Below are positions 1 to 7,865 of a stretch of 64,000 bases of DNA, piece by piece. The position numbers were made by a program, and so were the translations under genes. The number at the start of each line of letters is the position of its first letter. The stretch's first letter is position 1. Origin of the DNA: Chloroflexota bacterium (GTDB lineage Bacteria; Chloroflexota; Dehalococcoidia; Lucifugimonadales; SAR202-VII-2); contig QEVV01000006.1 in the NCBI GenBank assembly GCA_003228115.1, positions 25,094 through 89,093 on the forward strand, given 5' to 3'. The notes under the pieces were generated by a model. The model did no database searches, had not been told where the DNA came from, and saw nothing but the letters and a program-made list of their open reading frames with translations.

Positions 1-1205
1 TCCATGGGAATCCACTCCGCGGACTTGGCCTTGCCGGAAGCGTAAATGTTTCTTTCCGTCATGACCTCGATGATTTCATTCTTGGCGGGGTCGCGGACCG
101 TGCCCAGAGGATCGCCTCCGTCTTCCACAACTTTCATCTGCTCTTCCAACAGTTTCCGGTACATGATGATCCCTCGGTCGGATTCGCCGAGGTGCTCCAG
201 GTGCCTAGGGCTGACATCTCCCTGAACAATCCACACCAGCTTGTCCTGGTCAATGACGTGTTTATTCGGCGGGTCAAGCTCACCCAATTGGTTATACATC
301 GACACGTAGCGGTAGGGCACCTGCTCTTGTTGGGGTGCTTTGTGACCTGCTGCCGGTCTATAGATGTATATGGTCAAGTGGAGCGTCGTGATGTCGTCAA
401 CGGGGACGCGATACTGAAGGTCAAGCCAGGAGTCAACATTTCCAGGGCCGAGCAGAATCTGTGGGAACAACACGGGATGCCCATGAGTCCAGCTGCTGTC
501 CTGCTCTGTTTGGCCCTCTATCAGCCGCCGCTTGAAAACGCCGTACTCGAAGAGGTCAAACCCTATCTTCGTGTGTTTGATACCTGGAGGAAACGACTGC
601 CCTAGCTTTCCCTCCATTCGCTCTTGGAGATAGTTAGTGTAGTGGTAGTGAAGCCACTCTGTGTGGACAGGGTCCAGAGAGTTCTCCATGCATTGAAGCC
701 AGTTGCAGGGCAGCTCCGAGACAACAATCTCTCTCACCGCATTGTCCCAGACCAAGGGTGCCCACCGGGGAAGGAGTGGGGCGGGGTCGGGTCCCATGTA
801 GACAAAGACCATACCCGCAAGTTCCTGTGCGGCGTACGCCTTCAACTTGATCTTATCCTTGAAACGGCTCTCCGGCCGCACCGTTTCCTCAAAGGGCTGC
901 TCAACGCACTGCCCAGTTTCGTCGTAGAGCCAGCCGTGATACATGCAACGCAGGCCGTTATGCTCAGGAATGCCGTAGGCCAAATTGACGCGACGATGTG
1001 CGCAGTAACGGTCAATGACACCTAGAGTGCCACTCCTGTCCTTGTAAAGGACGAGGTCCTCACCGAGCAGGCGGATTTCCTTCGTAGGGTTCTCATCCAA
1101 CTCAGCTGCTGCTGCAATGGGGTGCCAATAACGCCGCATCAGCGATCCCATCGGAGTGCCCGGCCCCACTTGTGTCAGGGTTTGATTATCTTCTTTGGTT
1201 AGCAT
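1..1205 (-). CDS. Rieske (2Fe-2S) non-heme-iron oxygenase alpha subunit, partial (3' end lies beyond the window start)
   Basis: Not in the ORF track because it runs off the edge. A reverse-strand ATG at 1205 opens MLTKEDNQTLTQVGPGTPMGSLMRRYWHP.... The Rieske motif CAHRRVNL...CMYHGW and the iron motif DPVHTEWLH are read directly. It is a paralog of 39792-41135. The + strand ORFs 192-605 and 624-1025 are its shadows. Confidence 0.85.
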   Translation of the reverse strand, partial: MLTKEDNQTLTQVGPGTPMGSLMRRYWHPIAAAAELDENPTKEIRLLGEDLVLYKDRSGTLGVIDRYCAHRRVNLAYGIPEHNGLRCMYHGWLYDETGQCVEQPFEETVRPESRFKDKIKLKAYAAQELAGMVFVYMGPDPAPLLPRWAPLVWDNAVREIVVSELPCNWLQCMENSLDPVHTEWLHYHYTNYLQERMEGKLGQSFPPGIKHTKIGFDLFEYGVFKRRLIEGQTEQDSSWTHGHPVLFPQILLGPGNVDSWLDLQYRVPVDDITTLHLTIYIYRPAAGHKAPQQEQVPYRYVSMYNQLGELDPPNKHVIDQDKLVWIVQGDVSPRHLEHLGESDRGIIMYRKLLEEQMKVVEDGGDPLGTVRDPAKNEIIEVMTERNIYASGKAKSAEWIPM

Positions 1206-1429
1206 CGAATAACACGCCTCCATAGAGTCGCTTGGGCCGTTGTCTGAGAGAGATGGTTCCTAAGCGTCGCTCCTTAGCGTCGCTCCTTTTGGGATTTTGC
1301 CACGGGAGCGCTCCCCTCTGTCAAGCGACATCTGAACCTACATCTACTAATGCAGGCCATCGCTTGACGCCTTTTGACCCGCGTGCCAGAATCGCGCCAC
1401 TAGCAATCACGAGCGGAGGAGGAGGACGT

Positions 1430-2611
1430 ATGGCTACGGACCTGGTTATCGACGCCGACGGCCACTGTATGGAACCGATTGATGACCTTACGCCGTGGAT
1501 GCCCAAAGAGTTTCATGACAGAGCGCCCGTAGTTTTTAAGGACAGAACCGGGGCAAGTGCAACCTACATAGAGGGCCGTTTGAGTTCCAAACATGGACCT
1601 CTCGGACCCGGTGTTACCGGTCCCTTCGCCCCTCACATCAAGGGCGGTAGGCCAGGGGAACACGATGCCGTACAACGCCTGCCCGACATGGACCAAGAAG
1701 GCGTGGACGTCGCCATTGTGTTTGGTACGCCGATGGCGCTTGGCGTGAACGGTCTGGCCGACAAAGAGTTGGCTGCTGTCCTATGCCACGCGGTCAATCG
1801 CTGGCTCACGGAGGAGTACCTCAGCGTGGACCCCATTCGGTTGAAGGGAGTCGGCTTGATCCCTGCCCAAGACCCCTCTGCCGCAGTCAAAGAACTGGAA
1901 TGGCTTGCCCAAAGCCGCAAGAGCGGCATCGTCACGGCCATGCTTCCGGTGAACGTCTATGGCATCAACCTTGGAGACCGAAGATTCGACCCCATTTACG
2001 AGGCCGCTCAGGACGCCGGGATTCCGTTGTCCGTCCATCCTCAAACGGGCCACGACGGGCAGTATGGGGTATGGGGCACGATGGGGGCGGGCAGCGAACG
2101 CATGGAAAAGTACAGTTACGTTCACATGACAGCGTTTCCCTTCGAGCCCATGATCGCCATGATGCACATGATCGGGGAAGGGGTATTTGACCGCTTCCCA
2201 CGCTTGAAGGTCGCTTATATGGAAGGGGCCTGCGGCTGGCTGCCGTTCTGGGCGGAAAGGCTGGACGAGCATTTCCACAAGCTGCGGCCCCAATGGCCAG
2301 ACTGCCAGAGGCTACCTTCAGAGATCATCAAGGGCGGCCAGATTTCCCTTACATGCGAGCCTGAAGAGGGAACCCTCCCCTACGTTCTGGACAACATCGG
2401 GCAGGAGGTAGTCATGTATGCCTCTGACTACGCGCACTGGGACAGCGAGTTTCCCCACTCGGTGGACAACCTTGTTGCTATCAAGGGGCTAAGGGAAGAC
2501 CAGAAGAAACGAGTTCTAGGCGCTAACGCTGCCAAATGGTTTGGCCTCGGCGATGGCGAGCTACCAGCTTCCTCGGTCTACTTCGGAAAGGCGGAGGTCG
2601 CCGCGGGCTAA
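1430..2611 (+). CDS. Amidohydrolase-2 family metal-dependent hydrolase/decarboxylase (ACMSD-like)
   Basis: The ORF track frame is 1232-2611. I prefer the internal ATG at 1430, which follows GGAGGAGGAGGA. The N-terminus MATDLVIDADGHCMEP and the C-terminal YASDYAHWD are typical of the family. Confidence 0.85.
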   Translation: MATDLVIDADGHCMEPIDDLTPWMPKEFHDRAPVVFKDRTGASATYIEGRLSSKHGPLGPGVTGPFAPHIKGGRPGEHDAVQRLPDMDQEGVDVAIVFGTPMALGVNGLADKELAAVLCHAVNRWLTEEYLSVDPIRLKGVGLIPAQDPSAAVKELEWLAQSRKSGIVTAMLPVNVYGINLGDRRFDPIYEAAQDAGIPLSVHPQTGHDGQYGVWGTMGAGSERMEKYSYVHMTAFPFEPMIAMMHMIGEGVFDRFPRLKVAYMEGACGWLPFWAERLDEHFHKLRPQWPDCQRLPSEIIKGGQISLTCEPEEGTLPYVLDNIGQEVVMYASDYAHWDSEFPHSVDNLVAIKGLREDQKKRVLGANAAKWFGLGDGELPASSVYFGKAEVAAG

Positions 2612-2761
2612 ATGCAATTTTGCCCGGCTTTGAACATTGGAGTAGACTGTCCGCGACCTTGATGTAGGATCGCACAAACCATTGCTGCTGCATGCCCAAA
2701 CCTCATGTAGGCCGCCTGTGAGAGCGTTCCCGTTGAGGAATTTGAGCACGAGGAGTGCTGC

Positions 2762-3055
2762 ATGAGGATCTACGTAGGAAATCTCGCATACGGCATCACG
2801 GACCAGGAGCTCGAGGAGGCTTTCGCCCCCTTCGGCCAAGTGGAGTCTGCCCAAGTTGTGACCGACCGCTACTCTGGAAGGTCAAAGGGCTTCGGGTTCG
2901 TCGAGATGGCGGACAAGGAGCAGGCTGAGGCGGCCATTGCTTCGCTCAACGCCAAGGAGTTGAGCGGACGGGCGCTGACTGTTAATGAGGCTCGTCCCCG
3001 GCCGGAGCGGTCCTTCGGCGGCGGCGGTGGTGGTGGCGGTGACTCTCGCTGGTAG
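2762..3055 (+). CDS. RRM-type RNA-binding protein with a Gly-rich tail (copy 1 of 3)
   Basis: MRIYVGNL (RNP-2), KGFGFVEM (RNP-1) and a C-terminal GGGGGGGG tail. The GAGGAG RBS sits in the loop of a small hairpin (AGCAC GAGGA GTGCT). Confidence 0.9.
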   Translation: MRIYVGNLAYGITDQELEEAFAPFGQVESAQVVTDRYSGRSKGFGFVEMADKEQAEAAIASLNAKELSGRALTVNEARPRPERSFGGGGGGGGDSRW

Positions 3056-3099
3056 GCCACAACTGGACATCCGGCTTTGATACAACAGAAAAGCGATTG

Positions 3100-3137
3100 G
3101 CAAGTACCCCAGGGATTGACCCTGGGGTACTTGCTTT
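3100..3137 (+). terminator. Stem-loop terminator after RRM gene 1
   Basis: Perfect 15-bp stem: GCAAGTACCCCAGGG (3100-3114), loop ATTGA, CCCTGGGGTACTTGC (3120-3134). Followed by TTT. Confidence 0.6.
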
Positions 3138-3366
3138 CCCAATGAAGGCGAGTGTCTTGATTAGTTCAATAGTAGTAGTATGTCGCAACTGTTCATGGAA
3201 GGGACGCCGATTAAGCCCAATGTGGACGGAAGGCCTACAAGCCAAAGGCTGCAGGTGCGTATACCGGAACGCCGTAGCTGCACTGGTATGTTTATCGTAG
3301 CGCGGCAACGTAGCGTGATGAGGCCTGGGCCCTTGACCGGGGCCCTCGGCGCTGAATGGAGGAGTC

Positions 3367-4446
3367 ATGGGCTGGATTGACGCGGACGCTCACGTCGTTG
3401 AAGGACAGCACACATGGGATTACCTTGACCCCTCGGAGCAGAAGTATCGGCCTACTCTCTTTGATATCAACCCAGGCTCCAGCAAGGGTGGTTGGTACAT
3501 TGACGGAAAAATCAGAGGCCTGTTCTTCGGTGACCCCAATGAGGAGCAATTCAAGGAGATTGAGGGGTTCTGGGGCAGGAATATGGCAACCCCTAAGGCG
3601 AGCCGTGAAGCCCGCGACCTTGAGGCGCGCCTCCGCCATATGGACGAATTGGGAATAGACACCCAAATAGTCTATCCATCAATATTTCTTGACCAGTGTG
3701 CCGACCGGACTGCCGTTGATGTAGCACTGTGCGGAGCTTACAACCGCTGGCTCGCCGACGTCTGGAAAGAGACCAAGGGCAGAATTCGATGGATGGCCGT
3801 GCTGCCTTTCTCTAGCATCCCCGATGCTCTCGACCAGATGGATTTCGCCAAGGCCCATGGGGCCTGCGGCGTTTTCATGCGTCCAATTGAAGGGACCAAG
3901 CTGGTCAACCACCCGGACTTCTTCCCCGTCTATGAGAAGGCCGCAGGCTGGAACTGGCCCATCGGCCTGCACCAGGCCAACGGCAATGCCAACATCGTGG
4001 ACTTCTTCTCAACGCCTGATGGTAACCGTGAGTTTTTCAATCAATACCGGATTTTCAATGTTGGGGCCTTTTTCCTGGTCATCCAGGCTGGGCTCACCAA
4101 GGTGTTCCCTGGCCTCAAGATAGGATTCATTGAAACGGCGGCATCATGGGTGCCATGGGTCACTATGGAGCTAGAATCGAGAAGGAAGATGGTGACTACA
4201 GGGTTCTCCGATAACCTTCTCCGAGAATACGACCTCTTTGTTACCTGTCAGAGCGGCGACGATGTTCCCTACCTAGTAAGCCGCGGTTACGGCGACAACC
4301 TTATGATCGGGACCGACTACGGCCACGTGGACGCATCTACAGAGTTGGATGCCCTCAAGGTCATGGCAGAGGGGCAGGCCCTGACCGAGGAGCAAGTCCG
4401 CAAGATCGCTGAGGACAACGCGAGGGTCTTTTACGGCATCGCTTAG
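3367..4446 (+). CDS. Amidohydrolase-2 family protein
   Basis: GGAGGAG RBS. N-terminus MGWIDADAHVVE and C-terminal IGTDYGHVD metal-ligand pattern. Confidence 0.85.
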   Translation: MGWIDADAHVVEGQHTWDYLDPSEQKYRPTLFDINPGSSKGGWYIDGKIRGLFFGDPNEEQFKEIEGFWGRNMATPKASREARDLEARLRHMDELGIDTQIVYPSIFLDQCADRTAVDVALCGAYNRWLADVWKETKGRIRWMAVLPFSSIPDALDQMDFAKAHGACGVFMRPIEGTKLVNHPDFFPVYEKAAGWNWPIGLHQANGNANIVDFFSTPDGNREFFNQYRIFNVGAFFLVIQAGLTKVFPGLKIGFIETAASWVPWVTMELESRRKMVTTGFSDNLLREYDLFVTCQSGDDVPYLVSRGYGDNLMIGTDYGHVDASTELDALKVMAEGQALTEEQVRKIAEDNARVFYGIA

Positions 4447-4492
4447 CTGTTATTTGTGATTTGGTTAGCATAAGAGACTTGGGAGGTTTCCC

Positions 4493-5242
4493 ATGCTGCT
4501 CGAAGATAAAGTTGCCATCGTGACAGGAAGCGCCCAAGGAATAGGGCGCATTTACGCACTACGCCTAGCCGAAGAGGGCGCCAAGGTCGTCGTTACCGAC
4601 GTGGACGACCCAGAACCGGTCGCTACTGAAATCGCGGAGAACGGCGGAGAAGCCCTTGCGGTGCGTTCCGATGTCAGTGACTTCGATAGCGTCAAGAACC
4701 TTGTCGCCCGCACCATCGACCGCTTTGGCCGCGTCGATATCTTGGTCAACAACGCGGCGATGTTCGGGAAGATACCCCCGCGCTCCTTTATGGATATACC
4801 CCCGGACGAATGGGATAGGGTCATGGAGGTAAACGTCAAAGGGCTGTGGTTGTGCGTAAAGGCGGTTTTCCCCCAGATGAAGGAACAGATGTCAGGGAGC
4901 ATCATCAACATCGCGTCAACGATGGTATTGAAGGGTGGATCCCATCTGCTTCACTATGTGTCTTCAAAGGGAGCAGTGGTAGCCTTCACCCGGGCCCTGG
5001 CCCGGGAAGTTGGCGACTACGGAATCAGGGTTAACACAATTGCCCCAAGCCATACGCTCAGTGAAGCGGTTGTGAGGCTGGGCGGCCCTGATGTCGATAA
5101 GGGAACCATCCCCACGCGTGCCCTCAAGCGGAGTTCCTATCCAGAAGATATGGCAGGCACGCTGGTCTACCTCTCATCGCAACAGAGCGAATTCGTGACA
5201 GGCCAAATGCTCGTTGTGGACGGGGGAAGTTTCATGCACTAA
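4493..5242 (+). CDS. Short-chain dehydrogenase/reductase (FabG-like)
   Basis: TGSAQGIG cofactor motif, NNAA, and a YVSSK catalytic Tyr/Lys pair. GGGAGG RBS. Confidence 0.9.
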   Translation: MLLEDKVAIVTGSAQGIGRIYALRLAEEGAKVVVTDVDDPEPVATEIAENGGEALAVRSDVSDFDSVKNLVARTIDRFGRVDILVNNAAMFGKIPPRSFMDIPPDEWDRVMEVNVKGLWLCVKAVFPQMKEQMSGSIINIASTMVLKGGSHLLHYVSSKGAVVAFTRALAREVGDYGIRVNTIAPSHTLSEAVVRLGGPDVDKGTIPTRALKRSSYPEDMAGTLVYLSSQQSEFVTGQMLVVDGGSFMH

Positions 5243-5357
5243 GCCCTTCTTAACACACTGCTCCAGGCGTGCGATATAGGACAGGGGTTCTCAAGTTGGC
5301 GTCAGTCTGCTATCATAGAGGCTGTGACGTGCAGGACTGACATTGAGTGCAAATTCA

Positions 5358-5390
5358 GGGGACGCGGTACAAACGGCGTCTCCTTTTTTT
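5358..5390 (+). terminator. Rho-independent terminator-like hairpin with a T7 run
   Basis: GGGGACGC...GCGTCTCC stem of about 8 bp including one G-U pair, followed by TTTTTTT (5384-5390). It lies 115 nt after the SDR stop and about 170 nt before the helicase. Confidence 0.5.
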
Positions 5391-5561
5391 ATGTCTGGCC
5401 CTGCTTATGCCACTAATTCATAAGGAAGGTCCAGACCCATCGTTATTGCATCTAGAAACTCAGATCGTTTTTTCCGTGGCAACCGCGGCCGGTCAAATGG
5501 CTACTCCGGCCGACCATCCAACGACAGACCCCAAGCGCCTCGAATTCCTCCCACCGGCCCA

Positions 5562-6692
5562 CTGACCCGGGACGTTCCCTTCGGAGACCTCTTCGTTTCC
5601 GCTCCCGTCGCGGAAGCCATTGAAGCCATGGGTTACACCGAGCCGACAGGAATCCAGGCCGAGGTTATTCCCTCGATGCTAGAGGGCAAGGACTTGGTAG
5701 GGCAGGCTCAGACAGGCACAGGCAAGACAGCGGCCTTCGGCATTCCGCTCTCAGAAATGATTGACACCCGCGAGCGAGGCGTCCAAGCCCTTGTCATGGT
5801 ACCCACCCGGGAACTTGCACAGCAGGTCTCCAACGAGTTGCTGAAGTTGGGGCGCAGCCGGGGCATTCGAATATGCACCGTTTATGGCGGCCAGCCCATT
5901 GATCGTCAGATCAGGGAGTTGGACAGGGGAGTCAACATCGTTGTAGGGACGCCTGGACGTATGTTGGATCACCTGCGCCGAGGAACCTTGGACCTTGGCG
6001 AAGTGAAAATAGCAGTCCTCGACGAGGCTGACGAAATGTTGGACATCGGCTTCGCTCCGGACATTGAGTCCATCCTGGGCCAGACTCCCAGGGAGCGGCA
6101 GACGGTACTGTTCTCCGCCACCATGCCCAACACCATTCGCCGAATGGTCAGTAAGCACCTCAGGAACCCACTATGGGTTCGGGTTGGCGGTGACGCTCAG
6201 ACCGTAGCGGCAGTGAAACAGATCTACTATGAGGTGGCTGTCCGCGACCGGAACGCCAGCCTTGAGGAAATCATTCGAGCAAAAGAGGAGGGGCAGACCC
6301 TCATCTTCTGCCGCACGCAACGAGGCGTGGAAAAACTAGCAACCTACTTGGACCAGCGGGGCTACCCGGTGCAGGCTATCCACGGGGGGCTCAACCAGTC
6401 CCAACGCAACCGTGCGATGCAGGCATTCAGGTCAGGGAGTTGCGACCTGCTCGTGGCGACCAATGTGGCGGCTCGCGGGCTGGACATTCCAGCGGTGTCG
6501 CAGGTAGTTAACTACGACTCCCCCCAGAACATTGAGGAGTACCTGCACCGCATCGGCCGGACGGCCCGCATGGGGCGTGAGGGAGCTGCGGTGACGTTCG
6601 TTAGCGAATGGGACTACGAGGCGTTTGAGCCCATTCGGCGACATCTCGGGAAATTGCTGGAACGGGGTAAGCTCTCGATTTACTACCGCTAG
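5562..6692 (+). CDS. DEAD-box ATP-dependent RNA helicase (start codon uncertain)
   Basis: Motifs read directly: GYTEPTGIQ (Q), AQTGTGKT (I), PTRELA (Ia), DEAD (II), SAT (III), HRIGRTAR (VI). The track start ATG 5628 removes the conserved upstream segment FGDLFVSAPVAEAIEA. The frame is open from 5424 with no ATG, GTG or TTG, so CTG 5562 is given as a tentative start. Confidence 0.8.
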   Translation: MTRDVPFGDLFVSAPVAEAIEAMGYTEPTGIQAEVIPSMLEGKDLVGQAQTGTGKTAAFGIPLSEMIDTRERGVQALVMVPTRELAQQVSNELLKLGRSRGIRICTVYGGQPIDRQIRELDRGVNIVVGTPGRMLDHLRRGTLDLGEVKIAVLDEADEMLDIGFAPDIESILGQTPRERQTVLFSATMPNTIRRMVSKHLRNPLWVRVGGDAQTVAAVKQIYYEVAVRDRNASLEEIIRAKEEGQTLIFCRTQRGVEKLATYLDQRGYPVQAIHGGLNQSQRNRAMQAFRSGSCDLLVATNVAARGLDIPAVSQVVNYDSPQNIEEYLHRIGRTARMGREGAAVTFVSEWDYEAFEPIRRHLGKLLERGKLSIYYR

Positions 6693-6716
6693 AAACTCCA
6701 AATTGGAATAGTTGAG

Positions 6717-6770
6717 GAAGCCTCCAGGACACTAGGTGTCCTGGAGGCTTCTTGCTTGTTTTGCGTTTCG
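6717..6770 (+). terminator. Rho-independent terminator of the helicase gene
   Basis: 16-bp perfect stem GAAGCCTCCAGGACAC / GTGTCCTGGAGGCTTC (6717-6751), followed by the T-rich TTGCTTGTTTTGCGTTT. Confidence 0.75.
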
Positions 6771-6882
6771 TATGGACCGGGGAAAGAGACAAGGGACCAC
6801 TAGGGTTTGGAAGTGTACCCCCCCCCCGGCTGCTTAGAGAGGGGCCATGGACCGGGATTCAGGGACTAAACTTGACCCTCTA

Positions 6883-6908
6883 TTGACAACTGACTGAATG
6901 TCATTCAT
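6883..6908. promoter_or_regulatory. TTGACA box abutting a TetR-type operator (copy 1, imperfect), upstream of the tetR-family gene
   Basis: TTGACA at 6883-6888, then cTGACTGA-ATG-TCAtTCAT at 6890-6908. Same palindrome family as 7670-7688 and 7809-7827. Confidence 0.55.
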
Positions 6909-6939
6909 GATATCTGCATCGCTTGTACAGGTGATCGCC

Positions 6940-7539
6940 ATGACTAAAACACGCAGGACAGAGAGCGAGACGGTCCGTAGAGAACAAATACTCAACGCGG
7001 CCAGGAAAGTGCTCGACACGAAGGGCTATGACGCCACAACCGTCTCCGATATTGTGAAAGAGGCTGGCGTTGCCCAAGGCACCTTCTACCTCTACTTCGA
7101 GTCCAAGAAAGACGCTGTGATGGAACTGGGCCGGCAGGTGATGGGGGAAATGACACGCCGGCTGACTGCTGCCCAGAGATCCGACGCAACGTTTGAAGAG
7201 CAACTGCGGCTCGTCCTTAGGACTGGCTTTCAGGTAGCCGATCAAAACGCCGACCTCTGCCGGTTGATGCACGTCGGCGAAGAGTCGGCGGGCCGAAAGA
7301 TCAAGCAGGCAGTGGGAGTGGCAGAGAATCCCTTTATGCTCAGCATGGTGGCAATGTTCAGGTCGGCCATAGAGCGGGGGGAGACTTTCATGTGCGACCC
7401 AGAGGTTGCAGTCAGGCTGCTACATCGGATGGTCGGGGGGGCGCTTCAGGAGGCCCACCTCTACGGAGACAAGGAAGATACCAAGTGCATCGCAGAGACC
7501 ATGGAAGAACTCGTAGTTCGGGCCTTCGTAAAGCGCTAA
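6940..7539 (+). CDS. TetR/AcrR family transcriptional regulator
   Basis: N-terminal HTH TVSDIVKEAGVAQGTFYLYFESKKD. I prefer ATG 6940 (MTKTRR...) over the track start 6898, which lies inside the operator. Confidence 0.9.
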   Translation: MTKTRRTESETVRREQILNAARKVLDTKGYDATTVSDIVKEAGVAQGTFYLYFESKKDAVMELGRQVMGEMTRRLTAAQRSDATFEEQLRLVLRTGFQVADQNADLCRLMHVGEESAGRKIKQAVGVAENPFMLSMVAMFRSAIERGETFMCDPEVAVRLLHRMVGGALQEAHLYGDKEDTKCIAETMEELVVRAFVKR

Positions 7540-7669
7540 ACGGCGGGGTACGGCAGGCCGGTAGGCATCAAGCACTTATTTGGAGCATTGTTTCATGAAC
7601 AAACCTACCTCGATTCTCTTCGATCGCTGGCCGCGTTTCGCTTTTAGGCACCCAAAGGTTTGCGAAGTG

Positions 7670-7688
7670 ATGACTGATAATCAGTCAT
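7670..7688. promoter_or_regulatory. Perfect palindromic operator (copy 2)
   Basis: ATGACTGA-TAA-TCAGTCAT. Confidence 0.55.
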
Positions 7689-7803
7689 GCAGGGCGGTGA
7701 GGATGCGAAGGGCATCCAAGCGGCACATGCAGGAGGCAGTAATGAATGTCCACGAGGGTTGGTACGGACGCTGTAGAAACGGCAGAGCGAGTCTAGTTTT
7801 ACA

Positions 7804-7827
7804 TTGACATGACTGAGGGTCAGTCAT
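7804..7827. promoter_or_regulatory. TTGACA box abutting a perfect palindromic operator (copy 3), upstream of the MFS efflux gene
   Basis: TTGACA at 7804-7809 overlaps ATGACTGA-GGG-TCAGTCAT at 7809-7827. CATAAT lies at 7833-7838. Confidence 0.6.
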
Positions 7828-7865
7828 CGTCGCATAATCTAATCAGAGAGACCAGGGAGGTCATC

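Noticed and set aside
192-1025. Two + strand ORFs (137 aa and 133 aa) at the left edge
   Set aside because: They lie antisense to a continuous minus-strand Rieske oxygenase frame with clear cofactor motifs. Their translations are low-complexity with no RBS.
3019-3042. GGC/GGT trinucleotide run encoding Gly8 in RRM protein 1
   Set aside because: This is the normal glycine-rich tail of this protein class, not an independent repeat element.
5347-5565. 72-aa ORF upstream of the helicase
   Set aside because: It starts inside the terminator-like hairpin and has no SD or recognisable features. It overlaps the open upstream extension of the helicase frame.
6818-6827. C10 homopolymer tract in the intergenic region upstream of the tetR promoter
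   Set aside because: It lies outside any coding frame and about 55 nt from the putative -35. Phase-variable control cannot be argued from a single sequence, and the tract may also be an error-prone spot.
7580-7807. 75-aa ORF in the tetR-pump spacer
   Set aside because: It has no RBS, it spans an operator palindrome, and its composition is atypical (Arg/Cys-rich). The region is better explained as regulatory DNA.
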